Positions 10,730-17,983 of a DNA stretch of 64,000 nucleotides are shown piece after piece. Origin of the DNA: a virus (lineage: Duplodnaviria; Heunggongvirae; Uroviricota; Caudoviricetes). A model generated the notes under the pieces. The model had not been told where the DNA came from and did not search any database. It saw only the letters and a list, made by a program, of their open reading frames with translations. The stretch lies in the IMG/VR virus record IMGVR_UViG_3300025765_000001, one strand, 5' to 3'. Each line of letters starts with the position of its first letter. Position 1 is the first letter of the stretch. The position numbers and the translations under genes are program-made.

Positions 10730-11493
10730 CAGCATCTACGATGTAGGGGCTTTCGGCTCCGAAAAACGTAAATCCAAATTTCGGTCTGAAAAACTGCTTC
10801 TCGGTTCCGTACCAAGATGGCTACAAACAAGTGGTCATCACGCCCAAAGCATTCGGGTTTGTGATAGAAACCAAGGATTAGCAAGAACAAAGTTGCTACT
10901 ATAGACATTGGCTTAAACACTTTGGCTGCGATAACTTACGACCAGAACCGTCCAATACTGGTCAATGGTCGCATTGTCAAAAGTATCAACCAATGGTACA
11001 ACAAGCGTCCTTGCAAGAGCCGGTTGAGGAAGAGGTACTTTCGCTTGGAAAACTACTTCCATCATGTGTCTAAACTGGTCGTTGACCTATGCCTAAAGCA
11101 CGGCATCGGCAGAATCATCATTGGTAAAGTCAAGTATCAACTTGGGCAAGAAGACCAACCAAGCGTTCTGTTTTGTACCGACCTATCTCTTGCTGGAGAA
11201 GATCAAGTACAAGGCAGCGATTGCTGGAATTAACGTGACCTTCACGGAGGAAAGTTACACCAGCAAGGCGAGTTTCTACGACCGTGACCCACTGCCATCA
11301 GCAAGGACGGGTTTGCCGTGAATACTGATGTGAATGGAAGCCTGAAGGACGAAAAGTAATCCCTCAGTTCTTAGGAATAGGGGATAGGAGCATTGCCGCA
11401 ATGCCTGTAGTGGTCAACCCGTTGAAAACTTGATCGGTGAAGGATCAGGTGGTTGATTGCTCAAACCAGATTTCCGTAGGTTTTCTGGAACGG
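10730..11493 (+). mobile_element. tnpB: frameshifted tnpB pseudogene with IS607-like right end
   Basis: IDIGLNTLAA, NGRIVKSINQWYNK, KIKYKA..EESYTSKASF, NTDVNGS; ends GTAGGTTTTCTGGAACGG. Confidence 0.8.
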
Positions 11494-11602
11494 TACTCCT
11501 GTTGTGCGAAACAAAGTGTAAAGTAGTCTAGACAAAGGCAGCGGACGGGACTATATTGGTCCCGTTCCGCTGAACTAACCCCGTTTCAAAGGAGTCCCAA
11601 CG

Positions 11603-11788
11603 ATGAGTAGCTCGAAGGAGCAGGCCATCCGTGAGTTGGCCTACAAGAAGTGGTTGGAAGCCGGTGCCCCGGCTGGTAACGATGGCGTCGAGTTCTGGAC
11701 AGCCGCCGAGAAAGAGATCGGCCAAAGCAACCCGACTACCTGCGGAGAAGCCGAAGGGTGCGGAGACGACGACAGCGAAAAAGACTGA
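11603..11788 (+). CDS. DUF2934-like protein
   Basis: IRELAYKKWLEAGAPAG..FWTAAEKEI pattern; RBS AAGGAG. Confidence 0.75.
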   Translation: MSSSKEQAIRELAYKKWLEAGAPAGNDGVEFWTAAEKEIGQSNPTTCGEAEGCGDDDSEKD

Positions 11789-11937
11789 TTTTTCGTAAAC
11801 CTTTCGCCCCGCTCCCCCGTCTACATATTCAGATGAGCCAGATTGGGCCTTGGCCCGTATTTAACCCGGTGATCCCCAAAGCTGGGAAAAGGCGGCAATG
11901 CCCGATCTGGTGAAATCTGAAAAAGTGAATTCTGGGC

Positions 11938-11968
11938 TTGAAAAAAATTGTCAGGTGCGTACTATACT
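11938..11968 (+). promoter_or_regulatory. sigma70-like promoter of the tRNA operon leader
   Basis: TTGAAA (11938) and overlapping TACTAT/TATACT (11960-11968). Confidence 0.6.
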
Positions 11969-11996
11969 ACCTAGACGATACGAGGAACCAAAAATC

Positions 11997-12077
11997 ATGC
12001 ACGCTCTGTTAAGCTATAGCCTGTCATCCTTGTCCTCGCTCTTTAGCGAGCCTGGAGAGACTGCCGCTGTAGCTTGA
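11997..12077 (+). CDS. attenuator leader peptide MHALLSYSLSSLSSLFSEPGETAAVA
   Basis: RBS GAGGA at 11982; 14 consecutive Leu/Ser/Tyr/Phe codons; overlaps attenuator pairing segments. Confidence 0.85.
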   Translation: MHALLSYSLSSLSSLFSEPGETAAVA

Positions 12078-12144
12078 CGCACGAACGTGCGACGTGGGGA
12101 ACAAGGCCCCGGTGAGCTAAGCGGCTCACCGGGGTCTTTTTTTT
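12008..12144 (+). promoter_or_regulatory. ribosome-mediated transcriptional attenuator (1:2, 2:3, 3:4)
   Basis: 1:2 = 12008-12020 with 12066-12078; 2:3 = 12063-12075 with 12114-12125; 3:4 = terminator. Confidence 0.85.
12103..12144 (+). terminator. intrinsic terminator (attenuator 3:4)
   Basis: AAGGCCCCGGTGAGC / GCTCACCGGGGTCTT stem followed by T8. Confidence 0.92.
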
Positions 12145-12151
12145 GGTACAC

Positions 12152-12240
12152 GGAAGGGATTGCAAGTGGCTATGCTACCCTGTTTGCTAAACAGGCAGGC
12201 GGCGAAAGCCGCCTTGCGGGTTCGACTCCCGCTCCTTCCG
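12152..12240 (+). tRNA. tRNA-Ser(GCT)
   Basis: Cloverleaf, CCTGT-TTGCTAA-ACAGG, long variable arm, G73. Confidence 0.9.
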
Positions 12241-12243
12241 CTT

Positions 12244-12327
12244 GGGCCTGCTACGATTGTGGGAAACGAGACTGGCTGTAAACCAGTTGCTCTATAGAGA
12301 TAAGGGGTTCGATTCCTCACAGGCCCA
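12244..12327 (+). tRNA. tRNA-Tyr(GTA)
   Basis: GGGCCTG/CAGGCCC, ACTGG-CTGTAAA-CCAGT; atypical D arm. Confidence 0.8.
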
Positions 12328-12384
12328 TTAGGTAAAGCGGCTTTATCTAGTTAAGGTAAAGCGGCGTTATCTTAGGAGATTGAG

Positions 12385-12510
12385 ATGCAATACTGTCCGG
12401 CTTGCAACAGGTTCAAGCAAGCTAAGTTCTTCGCCGCTGAGGAACATCGGTATTGCAAAACGTGTGAGAAGAAATGGAGGAAGATCAACGGGCGAGTAGT
12501 GAAGGTATAA
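12385..12510 (+). CDS. 41-aa zinc-ribbon microprotein
   Basis: RBS AGGAG; MQYCPACNRF...YCKTCEKKWRKINGRVVKV. Confidence 0.6.
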   Translation: MQYCPACNRFKQAKFFAAEEHRYCKTCEKKWRKINGRVVKV

Positions 12511-12511
12511 C

Positions 12512-12596
12512 GGAAGAGATGAAGAGCGGCTACTTCACCTAGTCTTGAAAACTAGCGGGCCGAAAGGCTCTGCGGGTTCGACGCCCGCCTCTTCCG
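12512..12596 (+). tRNA. tRNA-Ser(TGA)
   Basis: CTAGT-CTTGAAA-ACTAG, variable arm, G73. Confidence 0.9.
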
Positions 12597-12602
12597 CTCG
12601 AT

Positions 12603-12690
12603 GCCCAGGTGGTGGAACTGGTAGACACGCAAGGTTCAGAGCCTTGTACCCGTTAAGGGCGTGTGGGTTCGAGTCCCACCCTGGGCACCA
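12603..12690 (+). tRNA. tRNA-Leu(CAG)
   Basis: Canonical class II cloverleaf with encoded CCA. Confidence 0.95.
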
Positions 12691-12691
12691 T

Positions 12692-12774
12692 GCGTCAGCA
12701 TCCCATGTGGCGAGGGAAGCAGACTGTAAATCTGTGGGCTTTAGCCTGTGCAGGTTCGACTCCTGCCTGACGCA
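12692..12774 (+). tRNA. tRNA-Tyr(GTA)
   Basis: GCGTCAG/CTGACGC, GCAGA-CTGTAAA-TCTGT. Confidence 0.88.
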
Positions 12775-12786
12775 CTGGAGGTAGAG

Positions 12787-13260
12787 ATGGTTGGTATAGT
12801 AATGGGGTCCAAGTCCGATTGGGAAACCATGAAGGCTGCCGCCGACATACTAGACCAACTCGGTGTGAAGTATGAGAAGAGAGTTGTTTCTGCTCACCGC
12901 ACACCAGACCTCCTGTTCGAGTACGCCGAGACAGCGAAGGATCGAGGACTCAGAGCGATCATAGCTGGTGCTGGTGGGGCAGCCCACCTACCGGGAATGC
13001 TCGCAGCGAAGACGAAAGTTCCGGTACTTGGAGTGCCGGTCGAATCGAAAGCCTTGCGTGGAATAGATTCGTTACTGTCGATAGTGCAGATGCCGCTTGG
13101 AGTTCCTGTGGCGACGTTCGCTATAGGGCCAGCGGGTGCCGGGAACGCCGCCCTGTTTGCCGCAGAGATGTTGGCCCACAGCAACCCGGAGATCGATTAC
13201 GCACTCGACAAGTATAGAGCGGCACAGACGCAAAGAGTGCTGGACACGGAGTTGTCATAA
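12787..13260 (+). CDS. purE: N5-CAIR mutase
   Basis: [39 protein letters not shown]. Confidence 0.97.
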   Translation: MVGIVMGSKSDWETMKAAADILDQLGVKYEKRVVSAHRTPDLLFEYAETAKDRGLRAIIAGAGGAAHLPGMLAAKTKVPVLGVPVESKALRGIDSLLSIVQMPLGVPVATFAIGPAGAGNAALFAAEMLAHSNPEIDYALDKYRAAQTQRVLDTELS

Positions 13261-13332
13261 GGGACGATAGCTGAGATAGATTAGCGATTGGCTGAAAACC
13301 AGTAGAGGTTGGTGCGATACCAACTCGTCCCA
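13261..13332 (+). tRNA. tRNA-Phe(GAA)
   Basis: GGGACGA/TCGTCCC, CTGAAAA loop; T-loop TGCGATA is atypical. Confidence 0.8.
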
Positions 13333-13344
13333 CTTGTTCTAGTC

Positions 13345-13358
13345 TGATCTTTGACAAT
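13345..13358 (+). promoter_or_regulatory. rrn-type boxA antitermination element
   Basis: TGATCTTTGACAAT, close to boxA consensus TGCTCTTTAACA, in a tRNA spacer. Confidence 0.6.
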
Positions 13359-13422
13359 TTGGTAGTTTGAAGTCGCACTTTCCCACCAGCCAGTGCGTGT
13401 CTCACCATACGCACTGGCACTT

Positions 13423-13495
13423 GTGGAGGAAGCAATTGTGGTCAATGCACCGGTCTGAAAAGCCGGTTAAGTGGGTTCGATCCCCACCCTCCACA
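13423..13495 (+). tRNA. tRNA-Phe(GAA)
   Basis: GTGGAGG/CCTCCAC, CCGGT-CTGAAAA-GCCGG. Confidence 0.85.
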
Positions 13496-13502
13496 CTCCT
13501 AT

Positions 13503-13577
13503 GAGTCGGTAGCTCAGTTGGTAGTAGCGTCTGCCTGAAGAGCAGAAGGTTCGTCGGTTCGATCCCGACCCGGCCCA
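13503..13577 (+). tRNA. tRNA-Phe(GAA)
   Basis: TAGCTCAGTTGGTAG D arm, TCTGC-CTGAAGA-GCAGA; one acceptor mismatch. Confidence 0.85.
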
Positions 13578-13702
13578 CTCGGAAGGTGCAATGTCGGCTT
13601 GTAGTCACTCTGGTTTCGCTCGTGGTGATAAAAAGATCAAACGATTGGGTGACGGAGCCGAAGGAAGTTTCCATGTCGCTCGTAGCGGCTAGGAGAAGGA
13701 CA

Positions 13703-14878
13703 ATGGAAAAGGTACATGTAAACGTCGGCACCATCGGTCACATCGACCACGGTAAGACCACGTTGACGGCTGCGATCCTTGCCGTCCAAGCAGAAAAGGG
13801 TCTAGCGAAACGCAAGAGCTACAAGGACATTGCCAAGGGCGGCACCTATCGTGACGAAAATAAAACTGTCACGATCATCACGTCGCACGTCAAGTACGAG
13901 ACGCCGACGAGGGAATACGCCCACATCGACTGCCCAGGCCACGCTGATTATGTGAAGAACATGATTACCGGGGCCGCACAGATGGACGGTGCAATCCTCC
14001 TGCTCTCGGCGGTGGACGGGCCTATGCCTCAGACAAGAGAGCATATCCTGCTCGCTCGCCAAGTGGGAGTGCCAGACCTTGTAGTGTTCATCAACAAGTG
14101 CGATCTAGTTGAAGACACCGAGATCATCGATCTGGTCGAACTGGAAGCTCGTGATCTTCTGGCGAAGTACGGATTCGACGGCGAGAAGACGCCTGTAATT
14201 CGTGGCAACGCCAAGGCAGCACTCGAAAATCCAGCCGATCCAGAATGTCGGAAGTGCATCGAGCAACTGCTAGATGCTCTCGACAGCTACATCCCGAACC
14301 CGGTGCGAGCCATCGATAAGCCGTTCCTAATGCCTATCGAGGGCGTCCATAAGATCGAGGGTCGTGGCACTGTAGCGACAGGAAAGATCGAGCAAGGCGT
14401 CGTCTGCCCCAACATGAAGGTCGAGATCATCGGCCTGGGAGAGATACGGGAAACCGTAGTCATCAGTGTTGAGGCGTTCAACGAGGCCAAGGAGAAAGGC
14501 GAAGCTGGCGAGAACGTTGGCGTCTTGCTCCGAGGCGTCAAGTACGACGAGATCAAGCGTGGTCAGGTTTTGACGCAACCTAGAACGGTCAAGCCGCAGA
14601 CCAAGTTTGAGTGCGAGGTCTACGTTCTCAGCAAGGAAGAGGGCGGGCGACACACGCCGCTGTTCAGCGGCTACAAGCCGCAGTTCTTCTTCCGAACAAC
14701 GGACGTGACGGGTGAGGTTAGCTTGGATGAAGAGATTTCAATGGTGATGCCGGGAGAAAACGCCCAACTACGAGTAGAACTCGGCAAGCCAGTGGCTCTC
14801 GAAGTCGGGACTCACTTCGCTGTCCGTGAGGGCGGCAAGACAGTTGGCTCTGGTGTCATCACCAAGATGCTAGAATAG
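13703..14878 (+). CDS. tuf: elongation factor Tu
   Basis: [41 protein letters not shown]; RBS AGGAGAAGG. Confidence 0.98.
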   Translation: MEKVHVNVGTIGHIDHGKTTLTAAILAVQAEKGLAKRKSYKDIAKGGTYRDENKTVTIITSHVKYETPTREYAHIDCPGHADYVKNMITGAAQMDGAILLLSAVDGPMPQTREHILLARQVGVPDLVVFINKCDLVEDTEIIDLVELEARDLLAKYGFDGEKTPVIRGNAKAALENPADPECRKCIEQLLDALDSYIPNPVRAIDKPFLMPIEGVHKIEGRGTVATGKIEQGVVCPNMKVEIIGLGEIRETVVISVEAFNEAKEKGEAGENVGVLLRGVKYDEIKRGQVLTQPRTVKPQTKFECEVYVLSKEEGGRHTPLFSGYKPQFFFRTTDVTGEVSLDEEISMVMPGENAQLRVELGKPVALEVGTHFAVREGGKTVGSGVITKMLE

Positions 14879-14884
14879 AAACCC

Positions 14885-15036
14885 AGAGTCGTTTACAATG
14901 GAATAGCCTTGATCGGGCTTGCGGGAATTAACAAGGTGCCGCTCGACGCTCATTAGCGAATCGGGAGGAAATGGGGGCCTAAGAATCCTCACAACTTGGA
15001 AGGGCATGTATAGATCGCAAGCTAGTGAACGACTCT
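14885..15036 (+). ncRNA. candidate structured RNA between tuf and the Leu tRNAs
   Basis: 12-bp closing stem AGAGTCGTTTAC/GTGAACGACTCT plus GCTTGCG/CGCAAGC. Confidence 0.45.
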
Positions 15037-15038
15037 AT

Positions 15039-15113
15039 CGCCGGGTGACGGGAATAGGCATACCTCTGATACTTAAAATATCAGGCTTGTGGGTTCGAGT
15101 CCCACCCCGGCGA
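15039..15113 (+). tRNA. tRNA-Leu(TAA), short variable loop
   Basis: TGATA-CTTAAAA-TATCA, A73. Confidence 0.88.
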
Positions 15114-15120
15114 CTAGACG

Positions 15121-15168
15121 GAAGGTGCGTCCGAAAGGACTTGTGGGTGCGAATCCCACATTCACTGT
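15121..15168 (+). pseudogene. 3' half of a class II tRNA
   Basis: Variable arm GTCCGAAAGGAC and T arm GTGGG-TGCGAAT-CCCAC without a 5' half. Confidence 0.5.
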
Positions 15169-15193
15169 AGGCGTATATTTCTCCGTCTAATTT

Positions 15194-15268
15194 GTCCAGG
15201 TGACGGGAACTGGCATACCTAGATGGCTTAGAACCATCTGTTTGTGGGTTCGACTCCCACCCTGGACA
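15194..15268 (+). tRNA. tRNA-Leu(TAG), short variable loop
   Basis: GATGG-CTTAGAA-CCATC. Confidence 0.9.
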
Positions 15269-15272
15269 CTGC

Positions 15273-15356
15273 GGCCTTGTGGTGAAATTGGCAAACACGC
15301 TAGTCTCAAACACTAGTGCCCTTACGGGCTTGTGGGTTCGAGTCCCACCAAGGCCA
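15273..15356 (+). tRNA. tRNA-Leu(CAA)
   Basis: CTAGT-CTCAAAC-ACTAG, long variable arm. Confidence 0.92.
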
Positions 15357-15360
15357 CTAT

Positions 15361-15435
15361 GTTCAGGTGACGGGAACTGGCATACCTCTCAGGTCGAGAG
15401 CCTGGGGCTTGTGGGTTCGACTCCCACCCTGAACA
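15361..15435 (+). tRNA. tRNA-Leu(GAG), short variable loop, C33
   Basis: TCAGG-TCGAGAG-CCTGG; lacks invariant U33. Confidence 0.75.
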
Positions 15436-15439
15436 CTCT

Positions 15440-15514
15440 GCCGAGATGACGGGAACTGGCATACCTCTCAGCCTCAAAAGCTGGGGTTTGTGGGTTCGAC
15501 TCCCACTCTCGGCA
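15440..15514 (+). tRNA. tRNA-Leu(CAA), short variable loop
   Basis: TCAGC-CTCAAAA-GCTGG. Confidence 0.88.
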
Positions 15515-15523
15515 CTAGAAACG

Positions 15524-15550
15524 AAAAGGCCCGCCTTGCGGCGGGCCTTT
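15524..15550. terminator. bidirectional terminator
   Basis: AAAAGGCCCGCC-TTGC-GGCGGGCCTTT between convergent units; same hairpin inverted at 20861. Confidence 0.8.
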
Positions 15551-15554
15551 GGGA

Positions 15555-15899
15555 CTACTTCTTGGAAGTCCGTTTCTTCGATGTGGTTTTCTTGGCTGAC
15601 TTCTTGGAGGCCCTGGCTTCGGCCCGGCGAGCTTTGATAGCTTCGGTCCAGAGTGTGGTTTGCTCCTCCTCGTTGTCGTAGTCAACCTCGAAGCCGTGGG
15701 TGTCAACCTGATCGTTCTTGAGACCGAGCTTCTCCTGGGCGGTGTAGGCACCACCGACCCCGCCGAGTTGCCCAAGGACGCACTCGAAGTTGGATGACAT
15801 CTGCAAGTTCGCAGGCTTGACCTTGTTGGCCCAGCCCGGCCAATCCTTGTCGAGTTTGCGGATGCCCCGATTGACACGAGTTTTGATAGATTCGGCCAT
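15555..15899 (-). CDS. hypothetical protein with Lys-rich tail
   Basis: RBS AAGGAG; ends SKKSAKKTTSKKRTSKK. Confidence 0.7.
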   Translation of the reverse strand: MAESIKTRVNRGIRKLDKDWPGWANKVKPANLQMSSNFECVLGQLGGVGGAYTAQEKLGLKNDQVDTHGFEVDYDNEEEQTTLWTEAIKARRAEARASKKSAKKTTSKKRTSKK

Positions 15900-16315
15900 G
15901 ACACAACTCCTTAACATTATGGGTAAGCGAAACGAAGAGGCAGTATCACAAGAACTAGGTTTTTTGACAAGAGCAACACTACAGGCCCAACTGAAAGCCG
16001 ATAGACAGGGTTCAGCGGGCGTAGCTAACCTGCGTTGCCTGCCATGAGCGGTCGCAAGACACGTCTCTTCAGGAAGACCTACGACGAGATATGCGGGTTC
16101 GATTCCCGTCAGGTCCACTACCACGGATTGCAAAGGTAATGATCGAGTGCTTCCAGGGCTTGGCGGACTTGCCAAACCGGAACAACTGAACGGAAGGAGA
16201 TTTTCGGATCGTGCCAGTCTTGCAGATCAACGGATGCATTTGTGTCGTCCGTGACTATGCTAAGGTAGCATGATCCCATCTTTACTACCTGCATGATGCT
16301 ATATAGTAGAACCAC

Positions 16316-16404
16316 GGAAGCGATTAAGAGTGGCTACTTTACCCCGCTTGGAAAGCGGGCAGGCGGTGCAAGCCGCCTTGCGAGTTCGACTCTCGCCGCT
16401 TCCG
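16316..16404 (+). tRNA. tRNA-Ser(GGA)
   Basis: CCCGC-TTGGAAA-GCGGG, variable arm, G73. Confidence 0.9.
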
Positions 16405-16422
16405 CTCCCGAAAGAAAGGCAC

Positions 16423-16668
16423 ATGAAAGACATGAACATCATTCAGTTTCTAGCTCGCAAGGGAGCGACTGTTTCGATGTCGGAAAGCAGGCGACTCGTG
16501 GCTTGTGGTATAGTTCGTGTGAACGACCACCCTGAACCTGACATGTCCAGAGTTCTCAAAGTCGGCGATGTCGTCTCTATAGGACAAAGGAGATGGGTAT
16601 GTACCGATGCAGAAGTACAAGATTCTCCAGACAAGGACAGTGAAGGAGTTCCTATGGTTTCCCCGTAG
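16423..16668 (+). CDS. stand-alone S4-like RNA-binding domain (TyrRS C-terminal type)
   Basis: SMSESRRLVACGIVRVND...LKVGDVVSIGQRRW. Confidence 0.75.
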   Translation: MKDMNIIQFLARKGATVSMSESRRLVACGIVRVNDHPEPDMSRVLKVGDVVSIGQRRWVCTDAEVQDSPDKDSEGVPMVSP

Positions 16669-16768
16669 GGTAAAAGGCAAACTCCGCTGGCTGTGCTTCA
16701 TCGAACATTCTGAATTTTTGATCCAGGTGCGATCCACTGGCGAACGTAAATGGGTCAAATTCAAGTAA

Positions 16769-16853
16769 GGAAGAGATTGAGAGCGGCTACTCTACCTCGC
16801 CTCGAAAGCGAGCGGGCCGAAAGGCTCTGCGGGTTCGACTCCCGCCTCTTCCG
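16769..16853 (+). tRNA. tRNA-Ser(CGA)
   Basis: CTCGC-CTCGAAA-GCGAG, variable arm, G73. Confidence 0.9.
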
Positions 16854-16917
16854 CTTTTGACCACGCCTCAAACGTGAGCTATGCTTTTCTGTGGACTAAC
16901 TCAGGGGAGCAAGAAGC

Positions 16918-17211
16918 ATGAAGGTCGTGTGTGCGTGGTGCCAGGAGCGGATGCCCGACAAGGAGCCGCTTGAAGACGAAACGATTTCGCATGGGCTGTG
17001 TGGTCCATGCATGGCGGTGGTGCTGGAAGAATCGTGTTTACAATCGACCCCGAAGACACTAGAATGCCGGGGTCTTGATGCAGAAAGAGTCGTTCAGTTG
17101 CCAAGCGGAGTAGGAAATTCAGATGAGACAACCGCCGTTCGGAATGCCCCCCTGGATGATGGGTCCGTGGATGATGGGGCAGGACCAGCAGCACCAGCAA
17201 TATACTCCTGA
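16918..17211 (+). CDS. small Zn-binding hypothetical protein
   Basis: CAWC..SHGLCGPC. Confidence 0.55.
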   Translation: MKVVCAWCQERMPDKEPLEDETISHGLCGPCMAVVLEESCLQSTPKTLECRGLDAERVVQLPSGVGNSDETTAVRNAPLDDGSVDDGAGPAAPAIYS

Positions 17212-17230
17212 CCTCATCGTTCCAGCCAGA

Positions 17231-17680
17231 GTGCCTTCCGAGAATCCAGTTTTGAAAATTGGCGAAGGTTCCTCGAACCTGTACTAAGGAACCTAAATAG
17301 GTAAACCTCACAGCTTCGGCAGTGGGACAATGCTCACGAGATGAAGACCCAGAAGGAACCGTAGAGGGTGGAAGTCCCGTAGTCGCCGACATGTTGTAAT
17401 AGACGTAGACTGAACTGTTCCTCTGGTCGGAAATCAGGGGCGTGTGGGAGACGCTGAAAGCACCATTGTTTGGCAGATAATCTAAGCGTCAGTTGTACCA
17501 CGGTTGATGATCGGTCGGATGGTGCACAGGGCTTCGGCCTATGCATGTGTCATCAGCGTGAGGGCTAACCGACAAACTCTGGACAAGGCCATATCCAACG
17601 GCGTGCCTGTTCGGTAGCCGTATGGACCGGGATGCAGGGGAGGGGTGTTGCCCGATACAGAACCTCAGAGAAGGGCCGGT
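17231..17680 (+). ncRNA. candidate large structured ncRNA (RNA-A)
   Basis: ~450 nt with no credible ORF and many hairpins, including two UUCG loops. Confidence 0.55.
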
Positions 17681-17704
17681 TAGCATTTTTGTACCAGGAG
17701 AACG

Positions 17705-17956
17705 ATGATTTCAGACAACGGATTCCCTCGTCGGTGCCGAATTGATCTGATGACTCCAGCCGAACTTGTAATCCGCAGAGCAACCAGGGAAAAGACACTC
17801 AATCGTGAAGTTGGGGAATTGAAAAATTCTGCTTCTCTGAAAGATCAAATTTGCGGATTACTGATGGATATGCATATTGGGTCAAGTGGTATGCACAGGC
17901 CAGCAGTGGAGGCAAAGTCGGTGGCTATCCTCGAACTAGTCAATGAATCGGCGTGA
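17705..17956 (+). CDS. hypothetical protein
   Basis: RBS AGGAG; short ORF. Confidence 0.45.
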   Translation: MISDNGFPRRCRIDLMTPAELVIRRATREKTLNREVGELKNSASLKDQICGLLMDMHIGSSGMHRPAVEAKSVAILELVNESA

Positions 17957-17983
17957 CCGTCTAATAAATGGACGCTTTTCGTA

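Noticed and set aside
11990-12145. T-box riboswitch as the regulator of the tRNA array
   Set aside because: No T-box sequence (GGTGGNACC) or specifier stem I; a translated leader with 1:2/2:3/3:4 helices explains the region
12087-16535. ORF-track entries overlapping tRNAs and N-terminal extensions of purE, tuf and the S4 gene
   Set aside because: They translate tRNA or spacer sequence; RBS-supported starts lie downstream
17231-17680. RNase P RNA (ACAGAACC, CAAGGCCA, GGTAAAC words)
   Set aside because: No GAGGAAAGTCC and no P4 pairing partner; motif order does not fit
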